A stretch of DNA of 64,000 nucleotides from assembly GCA_947259175.1 (NCBI GenBank), contig CAMYKW010000005.1, positions 1,732 to 65,731 of the forward strand, in the 5' to 3' direction. The DNA comes from an uncultured Gammaproteobacteria bacterium (lineage in GTDB: Bacteria > Pseudomonadota > Gammaproteobacteria > Arenicellales > JAANXG01). This document shows, one piece after another, positions 11,097-22,100 of the stretch. A model generated the notes under the pieces. It saw only the letters and a program-made list of their open reading frames with translations. It was not told the DNA's origin and did no database searches. Each line of letters begins with the position of its first letter. The first letter of the stretch is position 1. Both the position numbers and the translations under genes were made by a program.

Positions 11097-11567
11097 TTAC
11101 CCGGGGTGCGCTGAACCGTCGAAGGCCGACAGCTGCTCGATGGCCGCGCGGTTGGTCCAGGACCATACTTTTCGCGCCGCATCCGCCGCCGACAGCCAGC
11201 AAAATTCGTCATGTTCCGTAGGGTTGAGCGTCACCGCCGGTGTTTCCGCCAGCTCCAGCGAAAACACGTGCTCGACGTTGTGCGTCACCCCGGGGGCGAA
11301 GCGCCGGCTCCAACCGGGCAGAATCTCGAAGCAAAAACTCTGTTGCCAGTCGCGCAACCGCCCCCGCCCGTCGATGCCGGTCTCTTCCTCGAGTTCGCGC
11401 ACCGCCGCCTGCATCGGCGTCTCGTCCCATTTGAGGCTGCCGGTGACCGACTGCCAGAAATCGGGTCGGTCCACGCGGCGCATCAGCAGCACCTGTCCGG
11501 CGCGGGTGTAAACCACAATCAGCACCGATTCGGGACGTTTGTATGGATGATCTTGCACCGGTTGCAT
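11097..11567 (-). CDS. nudB: Dihydroneopterin triphosphate diphosphatase (Nudix)
   Basis: YKRPESVL, FWQSVTGS, RELEEETG, WSWTN; between aspS and yebC; start uncertain. Confidence 0.9.
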   Translation of the reverse strand: MQPVQDHPYKRPESVLIVVYTRAGQVLLMRRVDRPDFWQSVTGSLKWDETPMQAAVRELEEETGIDGRGRLRDWQQSFCFEILPGWSRRFAPGVTHNVEHVFSLELAETPAVTLNPTEHDEFCWLSAADAARKVWSWTNRAAIEQLSAFDGSAHPG

Positions 11568-11750
11568 CCGGGCGGTGGAAACACGGGCCGACATTCTGTG
11601 CGCAATACCCCATCCGATCAATGTCTGATGTGTAACGAAGAATCGCCGTGGCTCGTCCCCGCACCGCGGTCAATCCTGTCTTGCGAGAGCGCTTTTTACC
11701 CTGCTGTGCCGGCACAAGTAAGCGCGATGGTTTTGGTTTGGGTTGATTTG

Positions 11751-11782
11751 TTCGCGGTTAAAAACCGCTCCCACGAATAACC
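11751..11782 (-). repeat. GTGG-type REP-like palindrome, copy 1
   Basis: Minus strand GTGGGAGCGGTTTTTAACCGCGA; near-identical copy at 39788-39818; degenerate inverted partner at about 11682-11704. Confidence 0.65.
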
Positions 11783-11814
11783 AGCACCTTGGCCACCGTT
11801 ACAAAGTACACAAA

Positions 11815-11918
11815 CTGAAGCGAGGGGAAATTCTCGCGACCGTCGCCAGCAGGGATGCTGGCGTCGAGCCTACAGGGACGTATTCACGGCGTGTCGCGGG
11901 AATTTTACCTCGGTTCAG
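11815..11918. repeat. Structured intergenic element (long stem enclosing two hairpins); MITE-like or ncRNA
   Basis: 26-nt arms 11815-11840 and 11893-11918 pair at 22/26 plus 2 G.T; inner CGCCAGCA-GGGA-TGCTGGCG hairpin. Confidence 0.6.
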
Positions 11919-11993
11919 CACCACGCTAAATCGAGACACCTGTATCCGTAGTTCGTACTACCGTTCGCCTCCATTGAACTTGTCACACGCATT

Positions 11994-13772
11994 TCACTGC
12001 GCGCCGGTTTTCGGTTTGCGCACGCGGATGTGCAGCTCGCGCAGTTGATCGTCATCGACTTCGCTCGGCGCCTCGGTCATCAGGCAGGCGGCCTTTTGCG
12101 TCTTGGGAAACGCGATCACATCGCGGATCGATTCCGAATCCGACATCATCGCCACCAGCCGGTCGAGGCCGAAGGCGATGCCGCCATGGGGCGGCGCACC
12201 GTATTGCAGCGCATCCAACAGGAAGCCAAATTTCTGGCGCGCCTCCTCGAGCTCGATACCGAGCACCTGGAACACTTTTTCCTGCACCGCTTCCTGATGT
12301 ATACGCACCGAGCCGCCGCCGATCTCGGCTCCGTTCAGCACCATGTCATAGGCCCGCGAAAGGGCGGCGCCGGGATCGCTGTCGAGGCGGTCGATGTGTT
12401 GCGCCTGCACGCCGGTGAACGGGTGGTGCAACGACTGCCAGCGTTTGAGCCCGGTGTCGTATTCGAACATCGGAAAATCAGTGATCCACAGCGGCCGCCA
12501 CCCCGGTTGCGTCAGTCCCATGTCGGCTCCAATGCGGACGCGCAACGACGCCAGGGACTCGTTGACCACGCCGGCGCGGTCGGCACCGAAGAAAATCAAA
12601 TCACCCGCCTCGCCGGCGGTTCTGTCCAGCACCGCGGCGATCACCTCGTCGGGCAGGAATTTGAGAATCGGCGATTGCAGGCCTTCGCGGCCCTGGCCGG
12701 GGTCGTTGACTTTTATATAGGCCAGCCCTTTGGCCCCGAACTGCTTCACATACTCGGTGTACTGATCGATGCGCTGCCGTGTAAGCTGTCCGCCGGCGGG
12801 CACGCGCATCGCGGCGACGCGGCCGCCGCTGTTGGCGGGCTCGGCGAACACCTTGAACTCCACTTGACCCATCAGGTCTTTGAGCTCCACCAATTGCAAC
12901 GGAATCCGCAGATCCGGCCGGTCGGTGCCGAATTTATCCATCGCCTCGGCATAGCTCATGTGCGGAAATGGATCCGGCAGCTCCACGCCGAGCAGCTCGA
13001 GAAATACCTTGCGCACCATGGCCTCCATCAAGCTCATGATCCCGGTTTCATCCAAGAACGAGGTCTCGATATCCAGCTGCGTGAACTCGGGCTGACGGTC
13101 GGCGCGCAGGTCTTCGTCACGGAAGCAGCGCGCGATCTGAAAATATCGCTCGTAGCCGGCAATCATGAGAATCTGCTTGAACAACTGCGGCGACTGGGGC
13201 AACGCAAAGAAATGCCCCGCCTGGGTGCGGCTCGGCACCAGATAATCCCGCGCCCCCTCCGGGGTTGACCGGGTCAGCACCGGGGTTTCGACTTCGACGA
13301 ATTCGTTGTCTTCGAGGAACGCGCGCAGCGCGCGGATCACCTGGTGGCGCAGGCGCAGTTTGCGTTGCATCGCGTCGCGCCGCAGATCCAGGTAACGGTA
13401 CTTCAGGCGCACCGCCTCGCCCATGTCGGTGTCGTCGAGCTGAAACGGCAACGGCAGCGATCGATTCAGGATCTCGAATTCCTTTGCGTACACCTCGACC
13501 TCACCGGTGGCCAAGTCCGGATTCACCGTGCCTTCCGGGCGCCTGCGGACACGCCCGGTAACCCGGAGCACGAATTCGCCGCGCACCGCGTCCGCCACGG
13601 CAAAGGCCCGGGATTCATCGGGGTCGGCGACGATCTGCAGCAGCCCGGTGCGATCGCGCAGATCGACGAAAATGACTCCGCCGTGGTCGCGGCGCCGGTG
13701 CGCCCATCCACACACGGTGACCGTCTCGTCTATCAGCGATGTATCGACTCGTCCGCAGTAGTGGGTACGCAT
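11994..13772 (-). CDS. aspS: Aspartate--tRNA ligase, probably non-discriminating
   Basis: MRTHYCG start, [35 protein letters not shown]. Confidence 0.98.
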   Translation of the reverse strand: MRTHYCGRVDTSLIDETVTVCGWAHRRRDHGGVIFVDLRDRTGLLQIVADPDESRAFAVADAVRGEFVLRVTGRVRRRPEGTVNPDLATGEVEVYAKEFEILNRSLPLPFQLDDTDMGEAVRLKYRYLDLRRDAMQRKLRLRHQVIRALRAFLEDNEFVEVETPVLTRSTPEGARDYLVPSRTQAGHFFALPQSPQLFKQILMIAGYERYFQIARCFRDEDLRADRQPEFTQLDIETSFLDETGIMSLMEAMVRKVFLELLGVELPDPFPHMSYAEAMDKFGTDRPDLRIPLQLVELKDLMGQVEFKVFAEPANSGGRVAAMRVPAGGQLTRQRIDQYTEYVKQFGAKGLAYIKVNDPGQGREGLQSPILKFLPDEVIAAVLDRTAGEAGDLIFFGADRAGVVNESLASLRVRIGADMGLTQPGWRPLWITDFPMFEYDTGLKRWQSLHHPFTGVQAQHIDRLDSDPGAALSRAYDMVLNGAEIGGGSVRIHQEAVQEKVFQVLGIELEEARQKFGFLLDALQYGAPPHGGIAFGLDRLVAMMSDSESIRDVIAFPKTQKAACLMTEAPSEVDDDQLRELHIRVRKPKTGAQ

Positions 13773-13818
13773 GGGATTCGGGCCTCGTTGGAGTTGTTTT
13801 TTGCGGCGGGGGCGGCGC

Positions 13819-14460
13819 TCAGTTGATATTCGCGACTTTCGGTAGCTTGCTGGGTGGCTGATCGCCATTGGGTATGACCACACCGGTGGACAGGATCATC
13901 CTCAGTCCCGCCTCGACCGTCATATCCAATTCAATAATGTCCTTTTTCGGCACCATCAGGAAGAACCCCGAGGTCGGGTTGGGAGTCGTCGGCACATAGA
14001 TGTTAACGAGATTCTCGCCGATGATGTCTTCGAACGCCTCCGCGGTATCGCCGGTAACAAAGGCCAGGGTCCAAAGGTCGCGGCGCGGGTACTCGACGAG
14101 CACCACCTTGCGAAAAGATTTGCCCTCGGCGGAGAACAGCGTCTCGGTGATCTGCTTGACGGAGGAATAAATCGACCGCACCAGAGGGATACGCGCCAAC
14201 ATCTCCTCCCAGATGCGCACCAGCCGGCGGCCAAACAAATTGGCGAAGATCATCCCGGTAACGATGACCACCACCACGGTGAGCGCGACACCGAGACCGG
14301 GGATCTTGAATCCAAGCAGGTTCTCCGGCCGATACGGGGCGGGTATCAGCACCAGGGTGCGATCCATCAAGTCGATAAGCAGCTTGACAACCAGGAAAGT
14401 GACCCCCAGCGGGACCCAGATCAACAGTCCGGCAACGATATATCGTCTCAACGCGCTCAT
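13819..14460 (-). CDS. DUF502 family membrane protein
   Basis: [19 protein letters not shown]; usual position upstream of aspS. Confidence 0.9.
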   Translation of the reverse strand: MSALRRYIVAGLLIWVPLGVTFLVVKLLIDLMDRTLVLIPAPYRPENLLGFKIPGLGVALTVVVVIVTGMIFANLFGRRLVRIWEEMLARIPLVRSIYSSVKQITETLFSAEGKSFRKVVLVEYPRRDLWTLAFVTGDTAEAFEDIIGENLVNIYVPTTPNPTSGFFLMVPKKDIIELDMTVEAGLRMILSTGVVIPNGDQPPSKLPKVANIN

Positions 14461-14472
14461 GTCATGAATCGA

Positions 14473-14796
14473 TCAACTGCGTTTAGCGCTGCTCGCGGAT
14501 TTGTCGCCGCCGCTGTCGGCGGTTCCGGACTTAGTCGACTTGGGTTTGTCGGTGCTGGTCTTGCCCGCGGTGTCGGCGCCTTTGGCGGCCTTCTTTTCCG
14601 GCGGTTTCTTGCCCTTATTTTTGAAGTCGGTCTCATACCAGCCGGTACCCTTGAGTCGAAACGCAGCCGCGGTGACCTTCTTTTTCAAATCCGGCTTGTT
14701 GCACACCGGACAGTCCTGGATTGGGGGATCGCTGATTTTCTGCAGCGCCTCCAGTTCGTGCCCGCAGTTGTTACATAAATACGAATATATCGGCAT
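14473..14796 (-). CDS. FmdB family zinc ribbon protein
   Basis: MPIYSYLCNNCG...CPVC...FRLKGTGWYETDF with K/S-rich tail. Confidence 0.9.
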   Translation of the reverse strand: MPIYSYLCNNCGHELEALQKISDPPIQDCPVCNKPDLKKKVTAAAFRLKGTGWYETDFKNKGKKPPEKKAAKGADTAGKTSTDKPKSTKSGTADSGGDKSASSAKRS

Positions 14797-14940
14797 ACAT
14801 CGTGTACTCTCGTGAAAAACGGCAGCGAGTATCTGAGCGTCCCCCCCACGGCGCGGAGATACCAACCGCGCATTATAGCCAGTGGGCACCGAATTCATAG
14901 GGGTATCTCCGCCCCCCGCGAGATCGGCGCCGCGCCCGGA

Positions 14941-16290
14941 TCAGGCCCCGGCGATGGTCAGATTTTCGAGCAAAATCGAACCCGAGCGGATGTTGCCCCG
15001 CGTATCGACATCGTTGCCTACCTCGGCGATGCGCTGGAACATGTCCTTGAGATTTCCGGCGATGGTAATCTCCTCCACCGGATACTGTATCTCACCGTGT
15101 TCGACCCAGAAACCGGCGGCGCCACGTGAATAGTCGCCGGTGACCACGTTAACGCCGAATCCGATCAGCTCGGTCACCAGCAGTCCGGTATCCATCTCCT
15201 TGAGCAGCCCCGCCAGATCCAACCCGCCGGATTCGATGGTGAGATTTCGCAAGCCGCCGGCGTTGCCGGTGGTTTGCATGCCCAGTTTGCGGGCTGAGTA
15301 CGAATCCAACACATAGCTTTGCAGCACCCCGTCGGTCACCAGGTCGCGGTTGACGGTGGCCACCCCTTCATTGTCGTACGGCGCGCTGCCGACCGCCTTG
15401 GGCAGATGCGGCTGTTCATGGATGCGTACGAAGGCGGGAAACACCGGCTGACCCAGCTGGTCCAACAGGAATGACGCCTTGCGGTACAGACTGCTGCCCC
15501 GCGCGGCGGCCGAGAAATGCGACAACAGGCTGGCGGCGACGGGCGCCTCGAACAATACCGGCGCCTCACGGGTGGTGATTTGCCGCGCGCCCAGCCGGCG
15601 CAGCGTGCGCCGCGCCGCGGCGTCTCCAACATGCCGTGGCGACTCCAATTCAGCCGGGTCCCGCGTGGCGCTGTACCAGAAGTCGCGTTGCATGAGTCCG
15701 TCCTGTTCACCGATCACCGCGCAACTCACGCTGTGGCGGGTTCCGCTGACCAAACCTTCGAAACCATGGGTGTTGGCATAGGCCTCGGTGCCGCCGTGGG
15801 TCGATATTGTTGCGCCTTCCGAATTGGTGATGCGCGGATCCACCTCGCGGGCGCGGTGTTCGCATTCCCGCGCCAAATCGATGGCGTCGTCCAGGGCCAA
15901 CTCCCACGGGTGTTCGAGATCGAGCTCCGGGATTTCCGTGGCCAGGCGATCCCGGTCCGCCAGGCCGGCGCATTCGTCCTCGGCGGTGTATTTGGCGATG
16001 CTGCACGCGGCGCGCACGGTGTCGGCGACCGCGCGCGGCGAAAAGTCCGAGGTGCTGGCGGAACCGGATCGATGGCCGAAGTACACATTCACCACCAGGT
16101 TCTTGTCGCGGTTGTACTCCACGGTTTCCACGTCACCCAAGCGCACGGTCACCGAAAAACCCTGGCTGCGGCTCACCGCCGCGTCGGCTTCGGTGGCGCC
16201 GCGCCCGGTGGCCTCATCCAGGGCGCGGCGCGCGACCTCGGTGAGTTGCCGGTTGCCGGTCTGTTCGTCCAAGGGATCAGTCGCGCTCAT
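14941..16290 (-). CDS. pmbA: Metalloprotease subunit PmbA/TldE
   Basis: GDYSRGAAGFWVE, EEITIAGNL; next to tldD. Confidence 0.95.
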   Translation of the reverse strand: MSATDPLDEQTGNRQLTEVARRALDEATGRGATEADAAVSRSQGFSVTVRLGDVETVEYNRDKNLVVNVYFGHRSGSASTSDFSPRAVADTVRAACSIAKYTAEDECAGLADRDRLATEIPELDLEHPWELALDDAIDLARECEHRAREVDPRITNSEGATISTHGGTEAYANTHGFEGLVSGTRHSVSCAVIGEQDGLMQRDFWYSATRDPAELESPRHVGDAAARRTLRRLGARQITTREAPVLFEAPVAASLLSHFSAAARGSSLYRKASFLLDQLGQPVFPAFVRIHEQPHLPKAVGSAPYDNEGVATVNRDLVTDGVLQSYVLDSYSARKLGMQTTGNAGGLRNLTIESGGLDLAGLLKEMDTGLLVTELIGFGVNVVTGDYSRGAAGFWVEHGEIQYPVEEITIAGNLKDMFQRIAEVGNDVDTRGNIRSGSILLENLTIAGA

Positions 16291-16360
16291 AAGCCTCCAC
16301 TCTGTTCAAATTCGTTCGCTGTCATATGCCCGCTCGCGGGCTCGGAGCATTCGCCGCAGT

Positions 16361-17806
16361 TCAAACCCGCACCCCGCCCACGGTAATGCCGTCGATACGC
16401 AGGGTCGGTTGCCCGACACCAACCGGCACACTCTGACCTTCCTTGCCGCAGGTGCCCACACCCGGGTCCAGCTCGAGGTCGTTGCCGACCATGCTCACCC
16501 GGGTCAGCACGTCCGGGCCATTGCCGATGAGCGTCGCGCCCTTTACCGCAGGCCCCACTTTCCCGTGTTCGATCAGGTACGCCTCACTGGCGGAAAACAC
16601 GAATTTTCCCGAGGTGATATCCACCTGCCCACCACCGAAGTTCACCGCATACAGTCCCTTGTCGACGGACGCGATGATTTCGTCCGGGTCCATGTCGCCG
16701 GGCATCATGTAGGTATTGGTCATGCGCGGCATCGGCAGGTGAGCAAAGGATTCGCGGCGGCCGTTACCGGTCGGCGCCACACCCATGAGACGCGCGTTCA
16801 TCGCGTCCTGCATGTATGCCTTCAGAATTCCGTTCTCGATCAGCACCGTGTTTTGCGTGGGATTACCCTCATCATCCACACTCAACGAACCGCGGCGGTT
16901 GGGCATCGTGCCGTCATCCACCACCGTGCACTGCGATGACGCCACCGACTCGCCGATGCGGCCGGCGAACGCCGAAGTACCCTTGCGATTGAAATCGCCC
17001 TCCAATCCGTGGCCGATGGCTTCGTGGAGCAGAATCCCCGGCCAGCCGGGGCCCAGCACCACGGGCATGGTCCCCGCGGGCGGATCCCGGGCCTCGAGAT
17101 TGACCAACGCCTGGCGCGCGGCCTCGCGGGCATAACCCATCGCCAGCTCGTCGGTAAAATATTCGTAGCTCACCCGCCCGCCGCCGCCGGTGCTGCCCTG
17201 CTCGCGGCGGCCGTTGTGTTCGGCGATGACGGTGACGTTGAGCCGCACCAGGGGCCGGATATCGGCGCTCAATGCGCCGTCGTTGCGGGCGATGAGGATG
17301 ACTTCGTGCACCCCGGCCATGCTGGCGATCACCTCCTTGATGCGCGGATCCTGCCGCCGCGCCTCCTGTTCGACCCGCTCCAACAGGCGCACCTTATCGG
17401 TGTCATCCAGACTCACCAGCGGATCCTCCGACCGGTACAGGCGTGGTGCGCGCCCGTCGGACCAGGTGATCGCATGGGAGACATCGTTACCGCCCTGCCG
17501 GCTGATGGCGCGCGCCGCGGTGGCCGCCTCGGTGAGCGCCGGCAGGATGATTTCGTCCGAGTACGCCAACCCGGATTTTTCCCCGGTTACCGCGCGCACA
17601 CCGACACCCTGCTCGATGTTGTGACTGCCGGATTTCACCCGTCCTTCCTCCAACAGCCAGGATTCCTGGCGGGTATATTGAAAATACAAATCCGCGTAGT
17701 CGACGTTGGGCGTGATCATCTTTGCGAACACCGCATCGAGATCCCTCATGTCCAACCCCCCGGGGGCCAACAAAGTGTTCTTGGCTGTTTCAATCAGTTC
17801 TGTCAT
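16361..17806 (-). CDS. tldD: Metalloprotease TldD
   Basis: [31 protein letters not shown]. Confidence 0.97.
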   Translation of the reverse strand: MTELIETAKNTLLAPGGLDMRDLDAVFAKMITPNVDYADLYFQYTRQESWLLEEGRVKSGSHNIEQGVGVRAVTGEKSGLAYSDEIILPALTEAATAARAISRQGGNDVSHAITWSDGRAPRLYRSEDPLVSLDDTDKVRLLERVEQEARRQDPRIKEVIASMAGVHEVILIARNDGALSADIRPLVRLNVTVIAEHNGRREQGSTGGGGRVSYEYFTDELAMGYAREAARQALVNLEARDPPAGTMPVVLGPGWPGILLHEAIGHGLEGDFNRKGTSAFAGRIGESVASSQCTVVDDGTMPNRRGSLSVDDEGNPTQNTVLIENGILKAYMQDAMNARLMGVAPTGNGRRESFAHLPMPRMTNTYMMPGDMDPDEIIASVDKGLYAVNFGGGQVDITSGKFVFSASEAYLIEHGKVGPAVKGATLIGNGPDVLTRVSMVGNDLELDPGVGTCGKEGQSVPVGVGQPTLRIDGITVGGVRV

Positions 17807-17886
17807 AAGTCACACCACGTAAAGTTGTTTCAGCCGTTGCCGGCACGGGTTCCACAATCAACACCAGCGTCGCGCCCGGTAGCCGG

Positions 17887-18705
17887 TTACAGCCGCCGAT
17901 GACTGAGGCTGGGAAAACCGTCGCGCAGCCGTTGCAGATACTGCATGTCTACATCCGCCACCGCCAGTCCCTCCTGTCGTTGGACTTCATCGATAACGTC
18001 GCCCCAGGGGCCGACCACCAGGGTGTGTCCGTGGGTGCGGCGGCCATTGGCGTGGGTTCCGCACTGTGCGGCGGCGACGACATAGGCCAGGTTCTCCACC
18101 GCCCGGGCACGCAGCAGCACCTCCCAATGCGCCTTGCCGGTGGTCGCGGTGAACGCCGACGGCACCGCGAACAGGGCGGCGCCGTCCCCGGACAGGGCCC
18201 GGAACAACTCCGGAAACCGCACATCGTAGCACACCGTCAAACCCAGCCGTCCCGCCGGCGTATCGACGCTGATACGGTTTCCCGGGACCGGCCCGGGCTC
18301 GATGTAGTCGGATTCCCGGTATGACTCCTCATCGCCCACTACGACATCGAATAAGTGCATCTTGTCGTAACGCGCCACCTGGCGGCCATGATTGTCGTAC
18401 ACCAGACACGCCGCGCGCACGCGCCGGCCGTCGCCCGTCGCCAATGGAAGGGTGCCGGCCACGATCCACAGATTGTGCCGCGCGGCCTGCGCGGCCACGA
18501 ATGTTTGCACCGGGCCGTTTCCGGGCTGCTCGGCGGCGGTCACGCGATCGCCGTCGCGGCGCGGCATGAGGCTGAAGTTCTCCGGCAACACCACCAGCTG
18601 CACACCGCTATTGACCGCATGCGTCAACAGACGTTCAACCGTGCGTAGATTCGCCGCCACATCGGCGCCTGAATTCATCTGCACGGCCGCCACCCGGGGC
18701 ATCAT
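17887..18705 (-). CDS. Carbon-nitrogen hydrolase (Nit1-like)
   Basis: Catalytic E-K-C motifs VLPENF, YDKMHLFD, VCYDVRFPE; ATGA overlap with the upstream ORF supports the start at 18705. Confidence 0.92.
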   Translation of the reverse strand: MMPRVAAVQMNSGADVAANLRTVERLLTHAVNSGVQLVVLPENFSLMPRRDGDRVTAAEQPGNGPVQTFVAAQAARHNLWIVAGTLPLATGDGRRVRAACLVYDNHGRQVARYDKMHLFDVVVGDEESYRESDYIEPGPVPGNRISVDTPAGRLGLTVCYDVRFPELFRALSGDGAALFAVPSAFTATTGKAHWEVLLRARAVENLAYVVAAAQCGTHANGRRTHGHTLVVGPWGDVIDEVQRQEGLAVADVDMQYLQRLRDGFPSLSHRRL

Positions 18706-19049
18706 TGCACCCGTTCTTTGGCGTCTATGGCCATGGTGCCGGGGACGCCCGACCCCGGCTCGAGCACTATCTGGTTTGACGCCACACCCAGCGCCACCAG
18801 CCAATCGCGCAACTCCACAGCCCATTGGTTGCCTTGATCCCCGCCGGGATAGCGAATGACGATGACGCCGTGCCGCATGCCTTCGAAACGCCGCATGACC
18901 CGTTGCAGCGCCGGAATACGCACTATCGCCGTGCCGCTGCGCACCTCCGGCCACGCGGCGCGGCTCAGCAACTCCGCGGACGCCGTCGGCGCCTGGATCG
19001 ACAACAGCAGGATAGCGATAACAAAGATACGAAAGTCACGAATGCGCAT
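18702..19049 (-). CDS. Exported hypothetical protein
   Basis: 115 aa, signal peptide ending ASA, stop overlaps the nitrilase start. Confidence 0.75.
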   Translation of the reverse strand: MRIRDFRIFVIAILLLSIQAPTASAELLSRAAWPEVRSGTAIVRIPALQRVMRRFEGMRHGVIVIRYPGGDQGNQWAVELRDWLVALGVASNQIVLEPGSGVPGTMAIDAKERVQ

Positions 19050-19051
19050 GG

Positions 19052-19164
19052 CTAGGCCGCATTTCTCACCAGGATCCCGGATGCTGGCGCAGGGCTCGTG
19101 CGGCTGCGCGCCGCGCCTGGAGCGAGACCCATAGCGAGCTATGGGTCGAGTGAAGGGCCAGCGC
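19052..19164 (+). mobile_element. ERIC-like miniature palindromic element, copy 1 (left half only, no cassette)
   Basis: CTAG then GCCGCATTTCTCACCAGGATCCCGGATGCTGGCGCAGG; central hairpin GACCCATAGC-GA-GCTATGGGTC; matches 39376 onward; right end missing. Confidence 0.85.
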
Positions 19165-22100
19165 GCTCAACAGGCTGAGATTCGCGCCGAGCTGCGGCGC
19201 AACCGTGATCTCCATGTCATAGTCCTCCTTTGCCAGCCCCGAGCGGCCACGAAGCTCGATCAACGCCGCCGGACCAATCACGAAGAAACCGTCGGTAAAC
19301 ATGTCCCCGTTCTCGAGTGTCCCCGTGGCATTAATACTGTCGAATACCAGGCCCTTGGCAAACACGTCGGAAAAATCAAACGTCAACCGCCGCATCAGGG
19401 CCTCGACATTGAACAAGCCGAACAAACGGCCGGAGCCCGGCTCCACCTTTATAAAGCTTCCCTTCCGGGCCGAGAAATCGAACGCACCGTTCAATTTATC
19501 GAACGAAAATGCGCCCGGCGCGCCGTCCCATTCGGCGGCGAGTTCCAGGTCGGCTTGACCACCGGCGACTTGCTCCGGTAGCGATAGCGCCGCCATCGCC
19601 TTGCCCAGATCATTGCTGCCGGCTTTGACGTTCAGCTCGGTGCGCTGCCCCGCCGCGGTTCGCCGCCATAGACCGTCGGCCTCGATCAACAATGCGGGTT
19701 GTTCACTGCGGAATTTGGCGATGCGCCATCCGTCTGCCGCCGGCAGCGCCTCGAAGTCGAGCGATCCCAGCGACGAGGTATCGAAGCGGAATGTTCGCAC
19801 CCGCGCGGTGACCGCCGGCAACACCTCGCGATCGCTGTCTGTCGCCGTCTCCGCCGGCTGCTCCGACCTGGGCCAGTACAATCGCGACAGTTCGAGATCA
19901 TACCACGGCTGTTGCGACCCGAGCCGCGCTTGTGCCGTCCCCTCCACCGCCGCGCCGTCCAACTCGGCCTCCCAGTTGTGGCCGTCCTCGGAGACCGCGC
20001 GCATGGTTACCGCGCCGAAGTCCCGCTCGAGGAAATTGAGCTTGTCCACGTCCAGCGTGACGCGGCGCAGGGCGTCGATCATGGATTCGGAGTCGGCGTC
20101 GACGCCAACGTCCGGCTCACGCAGCAACACCTCCAGCCAGGCATCCACGTCCAGGGCGTCCGCCGTGGCGTAAAAGCGCAACTCCCGCGCCGCGGGCAGG
20201 GACGCGGTCCCCGGACCCAGCAGCAGGTCCCCGCCGAGGAACCGCCAGCGGCGATCAACGGCATTGAATGCGAGGACCCCCGTCAACAACCGATTCACGT
20301 CGAAATCCACATCGCGCCGATCGGCGCCCGCGAATCGTATCCGCGTCGTCAGCGGCATGGGTGTATCCGCCGACTTACCCAGAGGCGGCGGCAGGTCGGC
20401 CCGCACACCGATAAGCTCTGAATTCAATTCCAGGTCGGCGTTGCTCCGGTCGACGGTCAACCGTCCCGACCACTTCGCGGGTCCATGCAACGGCGCCACC
20501 AGGCGCTCGCCGATTATTGCGCTCAGACGCTTCACGTCGACCTCGCCTTCGGCGTCGACGGCAAAGATCGGCGGTTTGCGTGGCTGCACGGTTTTGACAT
20601 CCAGCTTCATCGGCCCTTGCAGCACGCGGGCCGACAATCCTTCGCCGGACACCGAGTCTTCGGTAAACCTCACCGTGCCCTGAATTTCATCGATATCCAT
20701 GCGCTTGGGCCAACTCAACACCCCGTCCTGGATAAGGTACTCGCCCTCGACGCGGGATTGTTTCAGTTGCGATAACGGCAGCATCAGCTGCAGGCGCATC
20801 TCGCCGTCGCCGGAGCCGGCCACATCCATGACCTTGTCCTTTTCTTTTATGAACGGTCCTTTACGCAGAAAATCGACCGCATCGCCCACCTTGGCTTCGA
20901 GCACCCCGTCCAACTTGATCGTGCGCTCCCGCCTGTAAAGGTTTTCCGCAAGCGCTGTGGCGCTGCGAATGCGTGAATTCATGACGCTGCCGGTGGCGTT
21001 GGTGACGCGCAAACTGGCATTGTTAAACACCAAATCGGCCTCAATTTGGGACACCGGCGGCCAGCGATTGCCGTAATCCAGTTTGCCGTCGTTGACCTTG
21101 ACCTGGGCGTTGAACTCGCCGTCCCCCGCGGTGAATGGAAACCGGTCGACGGAGCCGCGCCATTGGATTCGCCCGCCGGAACCGTGTCCGGCCACCAGCG
21201 CGCGGGACAGCCAGCGCTCGGCCTTGTCCGGCATGCTCTTCGGCAGGTAGCGGGGCACCCGCGAGACGTCGACACGCGGTATTTCCGCCTGGAAATCCAC
21301 GTAGGGCGCGTCGCCGGAGAGCAGCAGTTTCCCTGTTCCTTTGGTGACCGCCACGTCCTCGTTGCGAACCTCCAGATTGGGCACCGCAATTTCCCAACCG
21401 TTCGGCGCGCGCGCCCAAATCGCCTGTAACTGCAGGGCGTCCATGCGCAGCGGCTGGTCAAACTGGTGCGGCCAGGTGATCTCGCCGTCGCTGCCGTCGA
21501 TGGTCAAGAAACCGCCGTGAATGCCGATGGACAGGCGGCCATCGATACCGCGCAGCCCGGGCCACTTCGCCACCGGCTGGGTGTCCACGTCGGTGAATTC
21601 CGTTTCCAGCCATACCCCCACCGGCGTTGCCAGCGGTCCCAGGACATTGACCGCGATTTGCCGCAGATGTGCCTTGGGGTCAGCGGCCTGCAAAATTCCT
21701 GACCAGCCCTGCTCACCGAATATGCTCAGCGCGACACGCAGTAGGTTGTGCAACGCCAAGTTTTCACCCTTGATCTCCGTGCGCGCTCCGGCGCGGGAGA
21801 CGTCGACCTTGTCCAACGCCAGATCGAAGTCGTCAAAGGACAGACTGGGGTTTGACAGTTGCAGGTTCCAACCATCCTCGGTGCGCGACCAGGACAAGTC
21901 GGTGGACACAGCGTCAATCAGCCGCAACGGGGCGTCTTTGCGCAGAAACAATTCAGCCGCCCCCAAAGCCGCATGGGCGCGCGCCGCGACCAGCTTGCCT
22001 TGCTGCCAATTGGTGGAGATGCGCGTATTCAGTTCGCCGCGCACCAGTCGCGGCAGCATCTCATGCACCACCAGCGGTGCGTTACCGAGATTGACCTGGT

